The notes beneath the pieces are model-generated. The model was given only the letters and a program-made list of their open reading frames with translations, did no database searches and was not told where the DNA came from. Below are positions 19,032-29,213 of a stretch of DNA of 64,000 nucleotides, piece by piece. How positions within the stretch are numbered: the stretch's first letter is position 1; each line of letters begins with the position of its first letter. The position numbers and the translations under genes were made by a program. Source of the DNA: Actinomycetes bacterium (GTDB taxonomy: Bacteria > Actinomycetota > Actinomycetes > Propionibacteriales > Propionibacteriaceae); contig JAEWOI010000026.1 in NCBI GenBank assembly GCA_023460935.1, forward strand, positions 6,803-70,802, read 5' to 3'.

Positions 19032-20477
19032 ATGAGCGGGATCCGCACCCTGCTGGTGCTCGGCGCCAGCGGCGACCTCGCTGCAAGGCTGCTGCTGCCG
19101 GCGCTGGGCCAGCTGCTCGCCGTTGAGGGCGGACGGCGCGTCCGGCTGGTCGGCGCGGGCACAGAGCAACTGGATGCCGAGGCCTGGCACTCCGTCCTGG
19201 GCAAAGCCCTCGGTGCGGGCCCAGGAACCGGCCCGGCGCTGGAGGCGTTGCTGGCGGACACCGCCTACGTGAGCGCGGACGTCACGTCCGAAGCCGGCCT
19301 GCGCGACGTCCTCGCCGCGTGCGACGGCCCAGCCGCGATCTACTTCGCGCTGCCGCCGGCGGTCACGATCAAGGCCTGCCAGGCACTGGAGCGCAGCGGG
19401 GTGCCGGAGGGCACGGTGGTGGCGCTGGAGAAGCCCTTCGGCCACGACGTGGCTTCGGCGCGCCAGCTGAACGAACTGCTGGTGCGGCTAGTACCGGAGT
19501 CGCACATCCACCGGGTGGACCATTTCCTGGGCCGCAGCACCGTGCTGAACCTGCTCGGCGTCCGGTTCGCCAACCGGGTGCTGGAGCCGGTGTGGAACTC
19601 GGAGCACATCGAGCGGGTCGACATCGTCTACGACGAGCAACTCGCCCTCGAGAACCGCGCCCGCTACTACGACCACGCCGGCGCTCTGGTCGACATGATC
19701 CAGAGCCACCTGCTGCAGGTGCTCGCGTTCTTCGCGATGGAGCCGCCGGCCTCGGTCGGCGAGGCCGACCTGCGCGACGCCAAGGGCATCGTGCTGCGGG
19801 CCGTCCGGCTGTGGGGGGACGACCCGGTGACAGCCTCACGGCGGGCCCGCTACACCGCCGGCAGGATCGGCGAACGTGACCTGCCGGCGTATGTCGACGA
19901 GGACGGCGTCGACCCGGCCAACAACACCGAGACGCTCGCGGAGGTCACGCTCGAGGTCGCCACCTGGCGGTGGGCAGGCGTGCCCTTCACCCTGCGCTCC
20001 GGCAAGGCCCACGGCCACCGCCGCAGGGAGGTGATGGTGACCTTCAAGCCGGCCGAACGCTTGCCGGACGGGCTCGAGGGCGACGCCCAGCCCGACATCC
20101 TCCACCTGGCGCTGGCGCCGGAGGTGGTCTCGCTCGAGCTCAACATGAACGGGCCCGGCGACCCGGACATCCTCAACCGCGAGGTGATGGAGGCCGACTT
20201 CGACCCCGGCCGCCTCGACGCCTACGGGGAGGTGCTGCGGGGCATCCTGGACGGCGACCCCGCGCTGTCCATCCGCGGCGACAACGCCGAGCAGTGCTGG
20301 CGCATCCTCGAGCCGGTGCTGTCGGCCTGGCGCGAGGGCCGGGTGCCGATCGAGGAGTACCCGGCCGGATCGGCCGGTCCGCCGACCTGGCGCACCACCA
20401 CCGATGTGGGTTCCTACCCACTCACCGACGCGGGCTGGCAGCGTCGCCGCGAGCAGAGGGCCTCCCTGAGGGGCTGA
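19032..20477 (+). CDS. zwf: Glucose-6-phosphate 1-dehydrogenase
   Basis: LGASGDLA, YFALPP, EKPFG, RVDHFLG, YYDHAGALVDMIQSHLLQ, RWAGVPFTLRSGK. Confidence 0.93.
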   Translation: MSGIRTLLVLGASGDLAARLLLPALGQLLAVEGGRRVRLVGAGTEQLDAEAWHSVLGKALGAGPGTGPALEALLADTAYVSADVTSEAGLRDVLAACDGPAAIYFALPPAVTIKACQALERSGVPEGTVVALEKPFGHDVASARQLNELLVRLVPESHIHRVDHFLGRSTVLNLLGVRFANRVLEPVWNSEHIERVDIVYDEQLALENRARYYDHAGALVDMIQSHLLQVLAFFAMEPPASVGEADLRDAKGIVLRAVRLWGDDPVTASRRARYTAGRIGERDLPAYVDEDGVDPANNTETLAEVTLEVATWRWAGVPFTLRSGKAHGHRRREVMVTFKPAERLPDGLEGDAQPDILHLALAPEVVSLELNMNGPGDPDILNREVMEADFDPGRLDAYGEVLRGILDGDPALSIRGDNAEQCWRILEPVLSAWREGRVPIEEYPAGSAGPPTWRTTTDVGSYPLTDAGWQRRREQRASLRG

Positions 20478-20603
20478 CCCACCGCTCGCGGGGTGCGGGC
20501 GGGCGCCGCGAGTGGGCATCGGCCCCCGATCTCCGAACTGCCAGCGGACGGTGCCGGCTTGCGCTAGCTTGCGAGATCCGCAGCCCGAGCACAGAGGATC
20601 TCC

Positions 20604-21371
20604 GTGAACCATCCCAGGGGTACCTTCCCCGAGCGCCGCCCCTACCTCTTCGTTCTGCTGCTGGAGCTTCTGGTGGTCGCGGTCTTCCTGCTCGCCGGAA
20701 CCCTCGACCACGTCCTGCAGCTCGGTGGTGGGCTTCGGATGTACGCCCTGGCCAACGCGATCCTCACCGGCCTGGTGGCGCTGGTGATCACCCGGCTCCG
20801 CTGGTGGGGCCGGGTCGGTTTCCGTCCGGCGGGCCGCAGGCAGTTGCTCTGGGTGCTGCCCATGGCGGTGCCGGTGCTGCTCAACGCCTACCCGGGGCTC
20901 GACCCGGGGGGCCCGGTGGCCGTCGCCGGCTTCCTCGGGCTCGCCCTGCTGGTCGGGTTCGTGGAGGAGGCCGTGTTCCGCGGGCTGATGCTGCGCACGC
21001 TGGAGCGGCTCGGGGTCGGCCGCGCGGTGGCGATCACGACCGTGCTGTTCAGCGTCACCCACCTGATGAACGTGATGGCGGGGGAGAGCACCTTCCAGGC
21101 CGTCCTGCAGCTGGCCTACACCGCAGCCATCGGCTTCGCCTTCACCGCCTACGCCCTGCGTGCCGGCACCATCTGGCCGTTGATCGTCGTGCACGCCCTG
21201 ATCGACTTCGTCGCGTTCCTGCAGGACGCCACCATCCAAGTGCCGCCGGTGGTGGAGATCACCACTGCGGTGGTGGTGACCGTTGGCTTCACCGCCTACG
21301 GAGCATGGCTGCTCACCCGGCCGAGCCCGGTGTCCGCTGCCGCGCGCGAGGCGGTCGCAGCAGCCCGCTGA
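20604..21371 (+). CDS. CPBP (CAAX/Abi) family intramembrane metalloprotease
   Basis: EEAVFRG, FSVTH, HALID motifs; multi-TM. Confidence 0.9.
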   Translation: MNHPRGTFPERRPYLFVLLLELLVVAVFLLAGTLDHVLQLGGGLRMYALANAILTGLVALVITRLRWWGRVGFRPAGRRQLLWVLPMAVPVLLNAYPGLDPGGPVAVAGFLGLALLVGFVEEAVFRGLMLRTLERLGVGRAVAITTVLFSVTHLMNVMAGESTFQAVLQLAYTAAIGFAFTAYALRAGTIWPLIVVHALIDFVAFLQDATIQVPPVVEITTAVVVTVGFTAYGAWLLTRPSPVSAAAREAVAAAR

Positions 21372-21411
21372 TCGGAGCGACGGGTCTTCCGGGCAGATCG
21401 AAACCGCACCC

Positions 21412-21470
21412 TTGACACCCCCGCGGGACCCGTCCTACTGTCGTTGTACACGATTACGTAATCGTTTACA
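21412..21470 (+). promoter_or_regulatory. Sigma70-type promoter plus LacI-type operator
   Basis: TTGACA (21412) -18 nt- TACTGT (21436); 26-bp dyad TGTACACGATTAC|GTAATCGTTTACA (21445-21470, one mismatch). Confidence 0.8.
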
Positions 21471-21515
21471 GAGCGTGCCGAAGCGCTCTGTGCACACGAA
21501 GAAGGTGACGGGTCA

Positions 21516-22367
21516 ATGGCTGACTACTCCATCTGGATGCTCGAGTACTCGCACTGCCTCACGCAACCGATGGGCTGCATCTTCTACGGGCAGTGGAACG
21601 CCGGCACCAGGCCGTTCCCCTACAGCTACGTCTACGTCGAGGGCGCGGGGCACAAGATCCTGGTCGACGTCGGCCACGACGACGAGACCACCAACCGGGA
21701 GCTGTCCGAACGCTACGACGTGACCGACTGGCAGCCGCCGCACCGCGTGCTGGCCAAGCTCGGGGTCACCCCCGAGGAGATCGACACCGTCATCCTGTCC
21801 CACCTGCACTACGACCACGCCGGGGCCGCCCGGCGGTTCCCCAACGCGAAGTTCTACCTGCAGCGCAACGAGCTGGAGGGCTCGCGCTGGGCCCTGGCGA
21901 ACAAGCGCATCTTCGCCTCGATCATCGGCGCCATCGATCCCGCCGACGTGGACATGCTGGCCGAACTCGCCGACGCCGGCCGGCTGGAGCTGCTGGACGG
22001 CGACCTCGACCTGTTCGATGGCCTGCAGATCCGTGCCGCCCGCGACACCCACACCCCCGGCTCACAGTTCGTCGTGGTGGACACTCCGCAGGGCAAGTGG
22101 GTGGTCACCGGGGACAACATGTACAGCTACGAGAACGCTGAAGGCCTCCACTCCGACGGCGTGCCGGTGAGCATCGGCTTCGGCGGGGGCAGCTGCTGGA
22201 ACAACCTGTCCACGATCGACGAGATGCACCAGCTCGCCGGCAGCGCCGACCGGCTGGTGATCGCCCACGAGGGCGCAACCTTCACCCGCCACCCCTCCCG
22301 CACCTACGACGACGGCCTGGCGGTGGCAGAGCTCGTGCTCGCCGCCGGCGTCGACAGCCGGCTCTAG
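21516..22367 (+). CDS. Metallo-beta-lactamase-fold hydrolase, N-acyl-homoserine lactonase family
   Basis: ILVDVG, SHLHYDHAG (HxHxDH), HTPGSQ, TGD, AHE. Confidence 0.88.
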   Translation: MADYSIWMLEYSHCLTQPMGCIFYGQWNAGTRPFPYSYVYVEGAGHKILVDVGHDDETTNRELSERYDVTDWQPPHRVLAKLGVTPEEIDTVILSHLHYDHAGAARRFPNAKFYLQRNELEGSRWALANKRIFASIIGAIDPADVDMLAELADAGRLELLDGDLDLFDGLQIRAARDTHTPGSQFVVVDTPQGKWVVTGDNMYSYENAEGLHSDGVPVSIGFGGGSCWNNLSTIDEMHQLAGSADRLVIAHEGATFTRHPSRTYDDGLAVAELVLAAGVDSRL

Positions 22368-22457
22368 CCGCCGGGCCGCCGCGGGCCGGCAACCGTCCGC
22401 CAACCGAGCCACCCCGTCCAAGCAGCGCAAGACCACCAACTCACTGAGGAGTCCGGA

Positions 22458-23465
22458 ATGACCAAGAGGTTCCCGAAGCGGCGCACCGCCCTGGTGGCCG
22501 CAGCCCTGGCCGTGGCCACGGGCCTGTCCCTGTCCGCCTGCACCCAGCCCGCAGCCCCCGCCCCGGGTGGCAGCGGTTCGGCTCCGGCCGAGGGCAAGCT
22601 GCTCGGCATCGTGTCGATCACAGCCACCGACGCCAACAACGCCCGCGTGATCGCCGGTGCCACCGAGGCCGCGAAGGCCGCCGGCTGGACGGTCGAGGTC
22701 GTCGACGCCCAGGGCAACGCAGACCAGGCCAACGCCGCGATCCGCAACTTCGTCAGCAAGGGCGCGGGCGCGATCTTCGACCTGGTCTTCCCGACCACCT
22801 CGCTGGGAGCCGGGCTGAACGCGGCCAAGGACGCCGGCATCCCGGTGGCCACCTGGGGCGGCGGGCTTGGCACCGGCGTGGTGATGACCACCGGGGCTGG
22901 TGCGCCGTTCGCCAAGCCGGCCACGGACGCGATGCTGGAGAAGCTCGGCGACTCCGGCGACGTGCTCGCCCTCACCTACCGCACCGGCCAGGTCTGCCGC
23001 GACCGGGAGGACCTGTTCGACCAGATCCTCAAGGACAAGCCCGGCATCAAGGTGACCAAGAACGAGGTGAACATTCCCGGCTTCCTGCAGGACGGCGCGA
23101 AGTACGCCACCGCCTGGCTCGCCGCCCATCCCGAGGGTTCGGGCAACCTCGCCATCTGGGGCTGCTGGGAGGATCCGACGCTGGGCGCCATCTCCGCGCT
23201 GCAGCAGCAGGGCCGCACCGACGTGTTCACCTACGGCATCAACGGCTCGAGCACCGCGATCAAGGCCGTCCAGGACGGCACCCTGACCGCCACCGTCTAC
23301 GAGGACGGCAAGGCCGAGGGCGCGAAGATGTTCGAGGTGACCCTGCAGGCGATCGAGGCCGGCGTGGCGGGCTTCGAGCCCCAGACGGTCGACGTCCCCG
23401 GCATCCTGGTGACCGCGGACAACGTTGAGCAGTTCCTCGCCGACCACCCCGAGGCCCTGCAGTAA
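22458..23465 (+). CDS. Sugar ABC transporter substrate-binding lipoprotein (RbsB-like)
   Basis: Lipobox LSAC; DAQGNADQAN, YGING, LTATV; RBS GAGGAG. Confidence 0.9.
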   Translation: MTKRFPKRRTALVAAALAVATGLSLSACTQPAAPAPGGSGSAPAEGKLLGIVSITATDANNARVIAGATEAAKAAGWTVEVVDAQGNADQANAAIRNFVSKGAGAIFDLVFPTTSLGAGLNAAKDAGIPVATWGGGLGTGVVMTTGAGAPFAKPATDAMLEKLGDSGDVLALTYRTGQVCRDREDLFDQILKDKPGIKVTKNEVNIPGFLQDGAKYATAWLAAHPEGSGNLAIWGCWEDPTLGAISALQQQGRTDVFTYGINGSSTAIKAVQDGTLTATVYEDGKAEGAKMFEVTLQAIEAGVAGFEPQTVDVPGILVTADNVEQFLADHPEALQ

Positions 23466-23496
23466 CCAGCTGGAACGCGGACGGACAGGTGAACTG

Positions 23497-25041
23497 ATGT
23501 CGGAGTCGTCGGCCCCCCGGGGCGAGGTGATGGTCGGTGTCGAGGGGCTGAGCAAGTCCTTCGGGGGCGTCCACGCCCTGCGGGGAGTGTCCCTGCAGGT
23601 GCGCTACGGGGTGGTGCACGGCCTCGTGGGGGCCAACGGCGCCGGCAAGTCCACCCTGATCCGCTGCCTGGCCGGGCTGCACCAGCCGGACGAGGGCGTG
23701 ATCGAGATCGACGGCCAGCCAGTCACGATCCCGACCGCCCAGGACGCCACCCGGCTGGGCATGGCGTTCATCCACCAGGAGATGAGCCTGGTGCCGGGCT
23801 GGGACGTGCTGCGGAACATGGCCCTCGGCGTGCCGCACCACACCCGGCTCGGGCTGATCGACTGGCGCCCGGTCCGGGCCAGGGCCCGGCAGGTGGCGGA
23901 GCGGGTGGGGATGCGCTTCCCCCTCACGACCCAGGTCGACGACCTGAGCACCGCTGACAAGTGGCTGGTGATGATCGGCCGCGCGCTGATGCACGACGCC
24001 CGGCTGATCGCCATGGACGAGCCCACGGCCTCGCTGTCGGTGCAGGAGGCTGAACGCCTGCACACGATCGTCCGTGACCTGGTTGCCGCCGGTGCTGCGG
24101 TGGTCTTCGTCTCCCACCGGCTGGACGAGGTGGCCGAGCTGTGCGACGACGTCACGGTCTTCAAGGATGGCGCCGTCGTGCGCAGCACGGTCGCGGCCAA
24201 GCCGAGCCGGGCCGACCTGGTGCGGGCCATCGTCGGCCGCGACGTCGACGTGGCGGCCCGGCCCGAGCAGCCGCCTGCCCCCGGGCCGGTGGTGCTGGAG
24301 GTGCGCGACGTGCACGACGGCAAGCTGGTGCGCGGCGTGGACCTGACCGTCCGCGCCGGCGAGGTGGTGGGGCTCGGCGGGCTGGTGGGTGCCGGCCGCA
24401 CCGAGCTGGCCCGGGTGGTGTTCGGCGCCTCGCGGCCGACCGGCGGCCAGGTGCTGCTGGAGGGCCGGCCGGTGAGCTACCGTGAGCCGGCGGACGCCGT
24501 GGCTGACGGCATGGGGATGGTGCCGGAGGAGCGCCGCTCGCAGAGCGTGTTCCTCGACCGCTCCATCGACTTCAACATCAACCTCGCGTCGCTGGAGTCA
24601 CTGCGGCTGTCGCCGGCGCTGCCGCTGCTGCGGCTGCGGGAGGCCCGCCGTCGCGCCGGTGAGGTCGCCCGCAAGGTCACCGTCAAGGCGCGCGACGCGG
24701 GCCAGAGCGTCGGCTCGCTGTCCGGGGGCAACCAGCAGAAGGTGGCGATCGCGCGCTGGCTGATCGGCGACCGCAAGCTGCTGATCCTGGACGAGCCCTC
24801 CCGCGGCGTCGACGTCGGGGCGCGGGCCGAGGTGCACGGGCTGATCCGCGACCTGGCCCGGGACGGTGCAGCAGTGCTGGTGATCTCCTCCGACAACGAG
24901 GAACTGGTCGCACTGTGCGACCGGGTGGTGGTGATGGCTGAGGGCCGGGTCACCGGAGAGCTCGCCGGGCCGGAGATCACCCTCGACGCCATCCTGTCGC
25001 TCAGCTTCCACCACGGCCACCGAAAGGGATCCGCAGCATGA
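23497..25041 (+). CDS. Sugar ABC transporter ATP-binding protein (RbsA-like, two ABC domains)
   Basis: GANGAGKSTL, MDEPTASL, SHRLDE, GLVGAGRTEL, LSGGNQQKV, DEPSRGVDVGA. Confidence 0.95.
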   Translation: MSESSAPRGEVMVGVEGLSKSFGGVHALRGVSLQVRYGVVHGLVGANGAGKSTLIRCLAGLHQPDEGVIEIDGQPVTIPTAQDATRLGMAFIHQEMSLVPGWDVLRNMALGVPHHTRLGLIDWRPVRARARQVAERVGMRFPLTTQVDDLSTADKWLVMIGRALMHDARLIAMDEPTASLSVQEAERLHTIVRDLVAAGAAVVFVSHRLDEVAELCDDVTVFKDGAVVRSTVAAKPSRADLVRAIVGRDVDVAARPEQPPAPGPVVLEVRDVHDGKLVRGVDLTVRAGEVVGLGGLVGAGRTELARVVFGASRPTGGQVLLEGRPVSYREPADAVADGMGMVPEERRSQSVFLDRSIDFNINLASLESLRLSPALPLLRLREARRRAGEVARKVTVKARDAGQSVGSLSGGNQQKVAIARWLIGDRKLLILDEPSRGVDVGARAEVHGLIRDLARDGAAVLVISSDNEELVALCDRVVVMAEGRVTGELAGPEITLDAILSLSFHHGHRKGSAA

Positions 25042-26048
25042 ACCCCACCACGACCGGAGCCCCCGCACCCGAGCAGGTTCGGGGCGGCCGCGACCTGCGC
25101 GGCCTGGTGCTCACCGCCGTCTCCAAGTACGGCACGCTGATCGCGATGGCGCTGCTGATCGCGATCTTCGGCGTGGCGGTGCCCCGGGGGGCCTTCATCG
25201 CGCCGAGCAACCTGCTCAACATCGTCAACCAGTCGGCCCTCACCGCGATCATCGCTTGCGGGCTCACCATGGTGCTCGTGGTCGGCGAGTTCGACCTCTC
25301 CGTCGGCTACGCCGCCAGCCTCGCCGGGGTGCTGGTCACCGGGCTGATGGCCAACCAGCACCTGCCGCTGCCGCTGGCCCTGCTCCTGACCCTGGCCGTG
25401 GGCGCCGGCATCGGCGCAGCCAACGGCCTGGTGGTGACCAAGGCGCGCGTCAACGCCGTGGTCGCGACGCTGGGCATCGGCACGATCGTGGTGGGGCTGA
25501 GCTTCGGCTACAGCGCCGGCTCCCCGATCGTGCTGGTGCCCAAGGAGTTCGCAGAGATCACGCTGGGTCGCACGCTCGGCATCCAGAACCCGATCTGGAT
25601 CATGGCGCTGGTGCTGGCGGTGCTGTGGGTTGTGCTCAACCGCACCCCGCTCGGCCAGCGAATCCAGGCAGTGGGAGCCAATCGCGAAGCTGCCCGGCTG
25701 GCCGGGGTGCGGGTCGACCGCACCAAGATCGCAGCCTTCGTGATCGCCGGGCTGTGCGCCGCGCTGACCGGCATCCTGCTGGCCTCGCTGCTGGGGTCGG
25801 GCACGATCAGCGCCGCCGACGGCTACCTGATGGACTCGTTCGCAGCGGTGTTCCTCGGCTCGGCCACCCTGCGCAACGGCGAGTTCCACATCGTCGGCAC
25901 GCTGGTCGGCGTGCTGGTGGTGAACATCGGCTTCAACGGCCTGAGCCTGATGGGCACGCCCACGTTCTGGCAGTACATCTTCAAGGGCGGCATCCTCGTA
26001 CTCGCGGTGGCCCTTTCAACGATCACCCGCAGGTACGCCCGCGCCTAG
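25038..26048 (+). CDS. Sugar ABC transporter permease (RbsC-like)
   Basis: GEFDLSVG, VATLG, AVGANREAARLAGV, AAVFLG. Confidence 0.94.
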   Translation: MNPTTTGAPAPEQVRGGRDLRGLVLTAVSKYGTLIAMALLIAIFGVAVPRGAFIAPSNLLNIVNQSALTAIIACGLTMVLVVGEFDLSVGYAASLAGVLVTGLMANQHLPLPLALLLTLAVGAGIGAANGLVVTKARVNAVVATLGIGTIVVGLSFGYSAGSPIVLVPKEFAEITLGRTLGIQNPIWIMALVLAVLWVVLNRTPLGQRIQAVGANREAARLAGVRVDRTKIAAFVIAGLCAALTGILLASLLGSGTISAADGYLMDSFAAVFLGSATLRNGEFHIVGTLVGVLVVNIGFNGLSLMGTPTFWQYIFKGGILVLAVALSTITRRYARA

Positions 26049-26090
26049 CGGGCTGCGCAGCCCCCGTCACCGAGAAACGAGGAAGCCAAC

Positions 26091-27104
26091 GTGCCAACGA
26101 TCCGCGAGATCGCCGCAGCCGCCGGTGTGTCCACAGCAACCGTGTCGCGAGTGATCAACGGTGGCGTGGGCGTCGAGCCCCAGCTGGCCAACCGGGTGCA
26201 GAAGGTGATCGACGACCTCGGCTACACCCCGAACCTGGTGGCTCGCGGGCTGCGCACCCAGGCGACGAAGGTGATCGCCCTGGTGATCGCAGACATCGAG
26301 AACCCGTTCTTCACCTCGGTTTGCCGTGGGGTGGAGGACGTGGCCCGCCGACACAACTACTCGGTGATGCTGTGCAACACCGACGAGGACGTGACGAAGG
26401 AGGCCGGCTACCTGGAGATCCTGGCAGCGCAGTCGGTGGCCGGGGTGATCATCAGCGCGGCGTCCAACCACTCCGACCTCGGGCCGGTCACGGCCAAGGG
26501 CATCTCGGTGGTGGCGATCGGCCGGCGGATGGGCCCCGAGATCGACTGCGTACGCTCCGACTCCTACGCCGGCGCCCGCAACGCCACCCGGCACCTGCTC
26601 GAGTACGGCGCGCACCGGGTGGCCTGCATCACCGGGCCGCACGGGGTGGCGACCGCTGAGGAGCGCCTGGAGGGGTACCGCGAGGCGGTCGAGCAGGCGC
26701 GGCTCAAGGTGGATCCAGACCTGGTGGAGTACGCGAACTTCCGCGAGGACGGCAGCTACCGCGCCACCCGGCGGATGCTGGCGCTGGACAACCCGCCCGA
26801 CGCGATCTTCGTCGCCAACAACCGGATGGTGGTCGGTGCGCTGCGGGCCTGCCGTGAGGCGGGGGTGAACGTGCCCGGCCAGGTCAGCCTCGTCGGGTTC
26901 GACGACCTGCCGTGGGCAGACCTGACCACGCCGTCGATCACCACCCTGCGCCAGCCCACCTACGAGATCGGCGCGGCAGCTGCCCGGCTGCTGGTGGAGC
27001 GGATCGGCGGCACCACCGGACCTGGCCGGGAGGTTGTGTTCCAGCCCGAACTCGTGGTGCGCGGCAGTTCGATCAAGCGCCCCGCAGCCGGCTTCGGCTC
27101 CTGA
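26091..27104 (+). CDS. LacI family transcriptional regulator
   Basis: TIREIAAAAGVSTATVSRVIN, YTPNLVARGL, NPFF, SLVGFDD, TTLRQP. Confidence 0.96.
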   Translation: MPTIREIAAAAGVSTATVSRVINGGVGVEPQLANRVQKVIDDLGYTPNLVARGLRTQATKVIALVIADIENPFFTSVCRGVEDVARRHNYSVMLCNTDEDVTKEAGYLEILAAQSVAGVIISAASNHSDLGPVTAKGISVVAIGRRMGPEIDCVRSDSYAGARNATRHLLEYGAHRVACITGPHGVATAEERLEGYREAVEQARLKVDPDLVEYANFREDGSYRATRRMLALDNPPDAIFVANNRMVVGALRACREAGVNVPGQVSLVGFDDLPWADLTTPSITTLRQPTYEIGAAAARLLVERIGGTTGPGREVVFQPELVVRGSSIKRPAAGFGS

Positions 27105-27152
27105 GGGTCGTGGCCGGGCGAGCCGGCTGCCGACTGGTCCTGCGCTCCGGCT

Positions 27153-27551
27153 TCAGCCGGCGGGAGTGACGGCCGCGCCGGCGCGGAGGGCGCGGGGAAC
27201 CTCGGCCACCTGGTCGACCACAGCCAGCAGTTGCGCCAGGGCCTCCGGATCGGCCGGGGAGTCCACCCGGATCCGGTAGCTGATCCCGGTGGAGGACCAG
27301 TCGGGATCGAACCCGCCCTCTGCTTCCACCCTCACCCCGTCCACGGGCACGCCCAGGTTTCCGGCTTCGCGGTGGACGTCGTTGAGCAGGCAGGCTGCCA
27401 CCGCAGCGTGCAGCAGGTGCGCGCCGGTGAAGGGTGCGGCCACGTCCACCCCGCCGTCGGTCCAGCGGTGGTCGAAGTGGGTCAGCCCCGCCGCGTCCTG
27501 CAAGCTGGTGCGCAGGCTCCCGGACGCGCACGCCACGGCGAATCGTTCCAT
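27153..27551 (-). CDS. OsmC-like protein
   Basis: FTGAHLLHAAVAACLLND, VRVEAEGGF, VAEVPRAL; ATG at 27551. Confidence 0.75.
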   Translation of the reverse strand: MERFAVACASGSLRTSLQDAAGLTHFDHRWTDGGVDVAAPFTGAHLLHAAVAACLLNDVHREAGNLGVPVDGVRVEAEGGFDPDWSSTGISYRIRVDSPADPEALAQLLAVVDQVAEVPRALRAGAAVTPAG

Positions 27552-27613
27552 GGCGGCAAGGGTGCCCCGGAGCCTCGGAGGCCGCCAAGTCCTAGATCTG
27601 CTGAGGCGGCCCG

Positions 27614-28597
27614 TCAGCCAACCTGGAGCACCACCTTGCCGGTGGTGCCGCGGCCTTCGAGCGCGCGATGGGCCGCCGCGGCTTCGGCGAGCGGGAAGCG
27701 GGCACCGATCCGCACGTCGAGCTTCCCGGCGAGGACCGCCCCGAACAGCTCGTCCGCTCGGCCACGCAGCTCGTCCGAGGTGGCGATGTGGTGGCCCAGC
27801 GTCGGACGGGTGAGGAACAACGAGCCGCCGGAGTTGAGCCGCTGGATGTCGAACGGCGGCACGGGGCCGCTGGCGGCGCCGAACAGGACCATCATGCCGC
27901 GGGGACGCAGGCAGGCGAGGGACGCGTCGAAGGTCGTGCGGCCCACGCCGTCGTACACCACCGGCACCCCGCCGCCGGAGAGCCCGCGGACCAGGCCCGG
28001 GAGCTCCGCGGTGACGTCGTGCAGCAGGTCGTACCGGATCACCTCGACCGCTCCGGCTGCCCGGGAGAGCTCCTCCTTCTCCGCGGTCGAAACGGTGGTG
28101 ATCACCCGGGCCCCGCGGGCGGTGGCGAGCTGGGTGAGCAGCAACCCCACGCCGCCGGCCCCGGCATGCACCAGCACCACCTCGCCTTGGCGCACCGGAT
28201 AGGTGGAGGTCACCAGGTAGTGCGCGGTCAGGCCCTGCAGGGGCAGTGCTGCTGCCACGTCGAGGTCGACGCCTTCGGGCACGCGCAGCGCCCGCTCGGC
28301 CCGCACGAGCACGAACTCGGCGTACGAGCCGTGCGCGTCGCACCAGGCGACCAGGTCACCCTCCGCGAGCCCGGCGACGTCCGCGCCGACGGCGGCCACC
28401 ACCCCGGAGCCCTCGTCGCCCGGGACGTGCGGGAAGTGCATCGGGTACACCCCGCCACGGCGGTAGGTGTCGATGAAGTTGATGCCGGCAGCGGCCACCC
28501 GCACCAGCACCTCGCCGGCCGCGGGCTCCGGCGCGGGCAGGTCGACGAGTTCGAGAACCTCCGGGCCGCCGGCCCGCTGGGCCTGGATCGCACGCAT
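27614..28597 (-). CDS. qor: NADPH:quinone oxidoreductase (zeta-crystallin/MDR family)
   Basis: GINFIDTYRRGG, HAGAGGVG, YDGVG, GSLFLTRP, TTGKVVL; leaderless (TAGGGT-6nt-ATG). Confidence 0.92.
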   Translation of the reverse strand: MRAIQAQRAGGPEVLELVDLPAPEPAAGEVLVRVAAAGINFIDTYRRGGVYPMHFPHVPGDEGSGVVAAVGADVAGLAEGDLVAWCDAHGSYAEFVLVRAERALRVPEGVDLDVAAALPLQGLTAHYLVTSTYPVRQGEVVLVHAGAGGVGLLLTQLATARGARVITTVSTAEKEELSRAAGAVEVIRYDLLHDVTAELPGLVRGLSGGGVPVVYDGVGRTTFDASLACLRPRGMMVLFGAASGPVPPFDIQRLNSGGSLFLTRPTLGHHIATSDELRGRADELFGAVLAGKLDVRIGARFPLAEAAAAHRALEGRGTTGKVVLQVG

Positions 28598-28741
28598 GAC
28601 CCGACCCTAGTCCGCCGGTGAAGATCGGGTTGAGGGGCCCGGGTTCTGCGACTTGTCGGACGTTCCTCGCGGCCGACGACGCATTGGCGCTGTGAACGCT
28701 TGCGGCTCCGCTGGTCGGCAATGTTGCCCACGCCCACGGCA

Positions 28742-28781
28742 AGTTGCATGTAGCACGCAACTATATACTTGCATCATGCAA
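28742..28781 (+). promoter_or_regulatory. Putative MarR operators and -10 box of a leaderless promoter
   Basis: AGTTGC-N9-GCAACT (28742-28762); TATACT (28764-28769); dyad TTGCAT-C-ATGCAA (28769-28781) over the start codon. Confidence 0.65.
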
Positions 28782-29213
28782 CCATCCACCGAGGGGCTCC
28801 AGCACGAGTTGGGTCGCCTCTTCGCCCACCTCGGCAGGCACATCCGCGCGAACGAGTCCGCCAACCCCGGTGTGTACGCGGTGCTGGCCAGGCTCGGCAA
28901 GGGCGAGGCCATGCGGGCCAGCGACCTCGCCGCGGGCGAGGGGACCGACGCGTCCACGATGAGCCGGCGGCTGGCGCAGATGGCCGAGCGTGGCCTGGTG
29001 GAACGCGTGCCCGACCCCGACGACCGCAGGGCCTGGCTGGTCCGCGCCACCGACGCCGGCACCCGGGCGTTCCGGGCCGAACGTACTCGTAGGGTGGCCC
29101 TGGTCACCGACCGGGTGGCCGACTGGGAGCCGGCGGACGTCGAACACCTGGCCGGGCTGATCGCCCGCCTGAACACCGCCTTCGAACGCTCCGAGGAGGG
29201 GCGCAGCAAGTGA
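28776..29213 (+). CDS. MarR family transcriptional regulator
   Basis: RASDLA..DASTMSRRLAQM..GLVERVPDPDDRRAWLVRATDAG. Confidence 0.92.
   Translation: MQPSTEGLQHELGRLFAHLGRHIRANESANPGVYAVLARLGKGEAMRASDLAAGEGTDASTMSRRLAQMAERGLVERVPDPDDRRAWLVRATDAGTRAFRAERTRRVALVTDRVADWEPADVEHLAGLIARLNTAFERSEEGRSK

Noticed and set aside
21516..22367. Naming the gene aiiA/attM (quorum quenching)
   Set aside because: The family motif alone does not establish AHL specificity, and the operon context points to other lactones.
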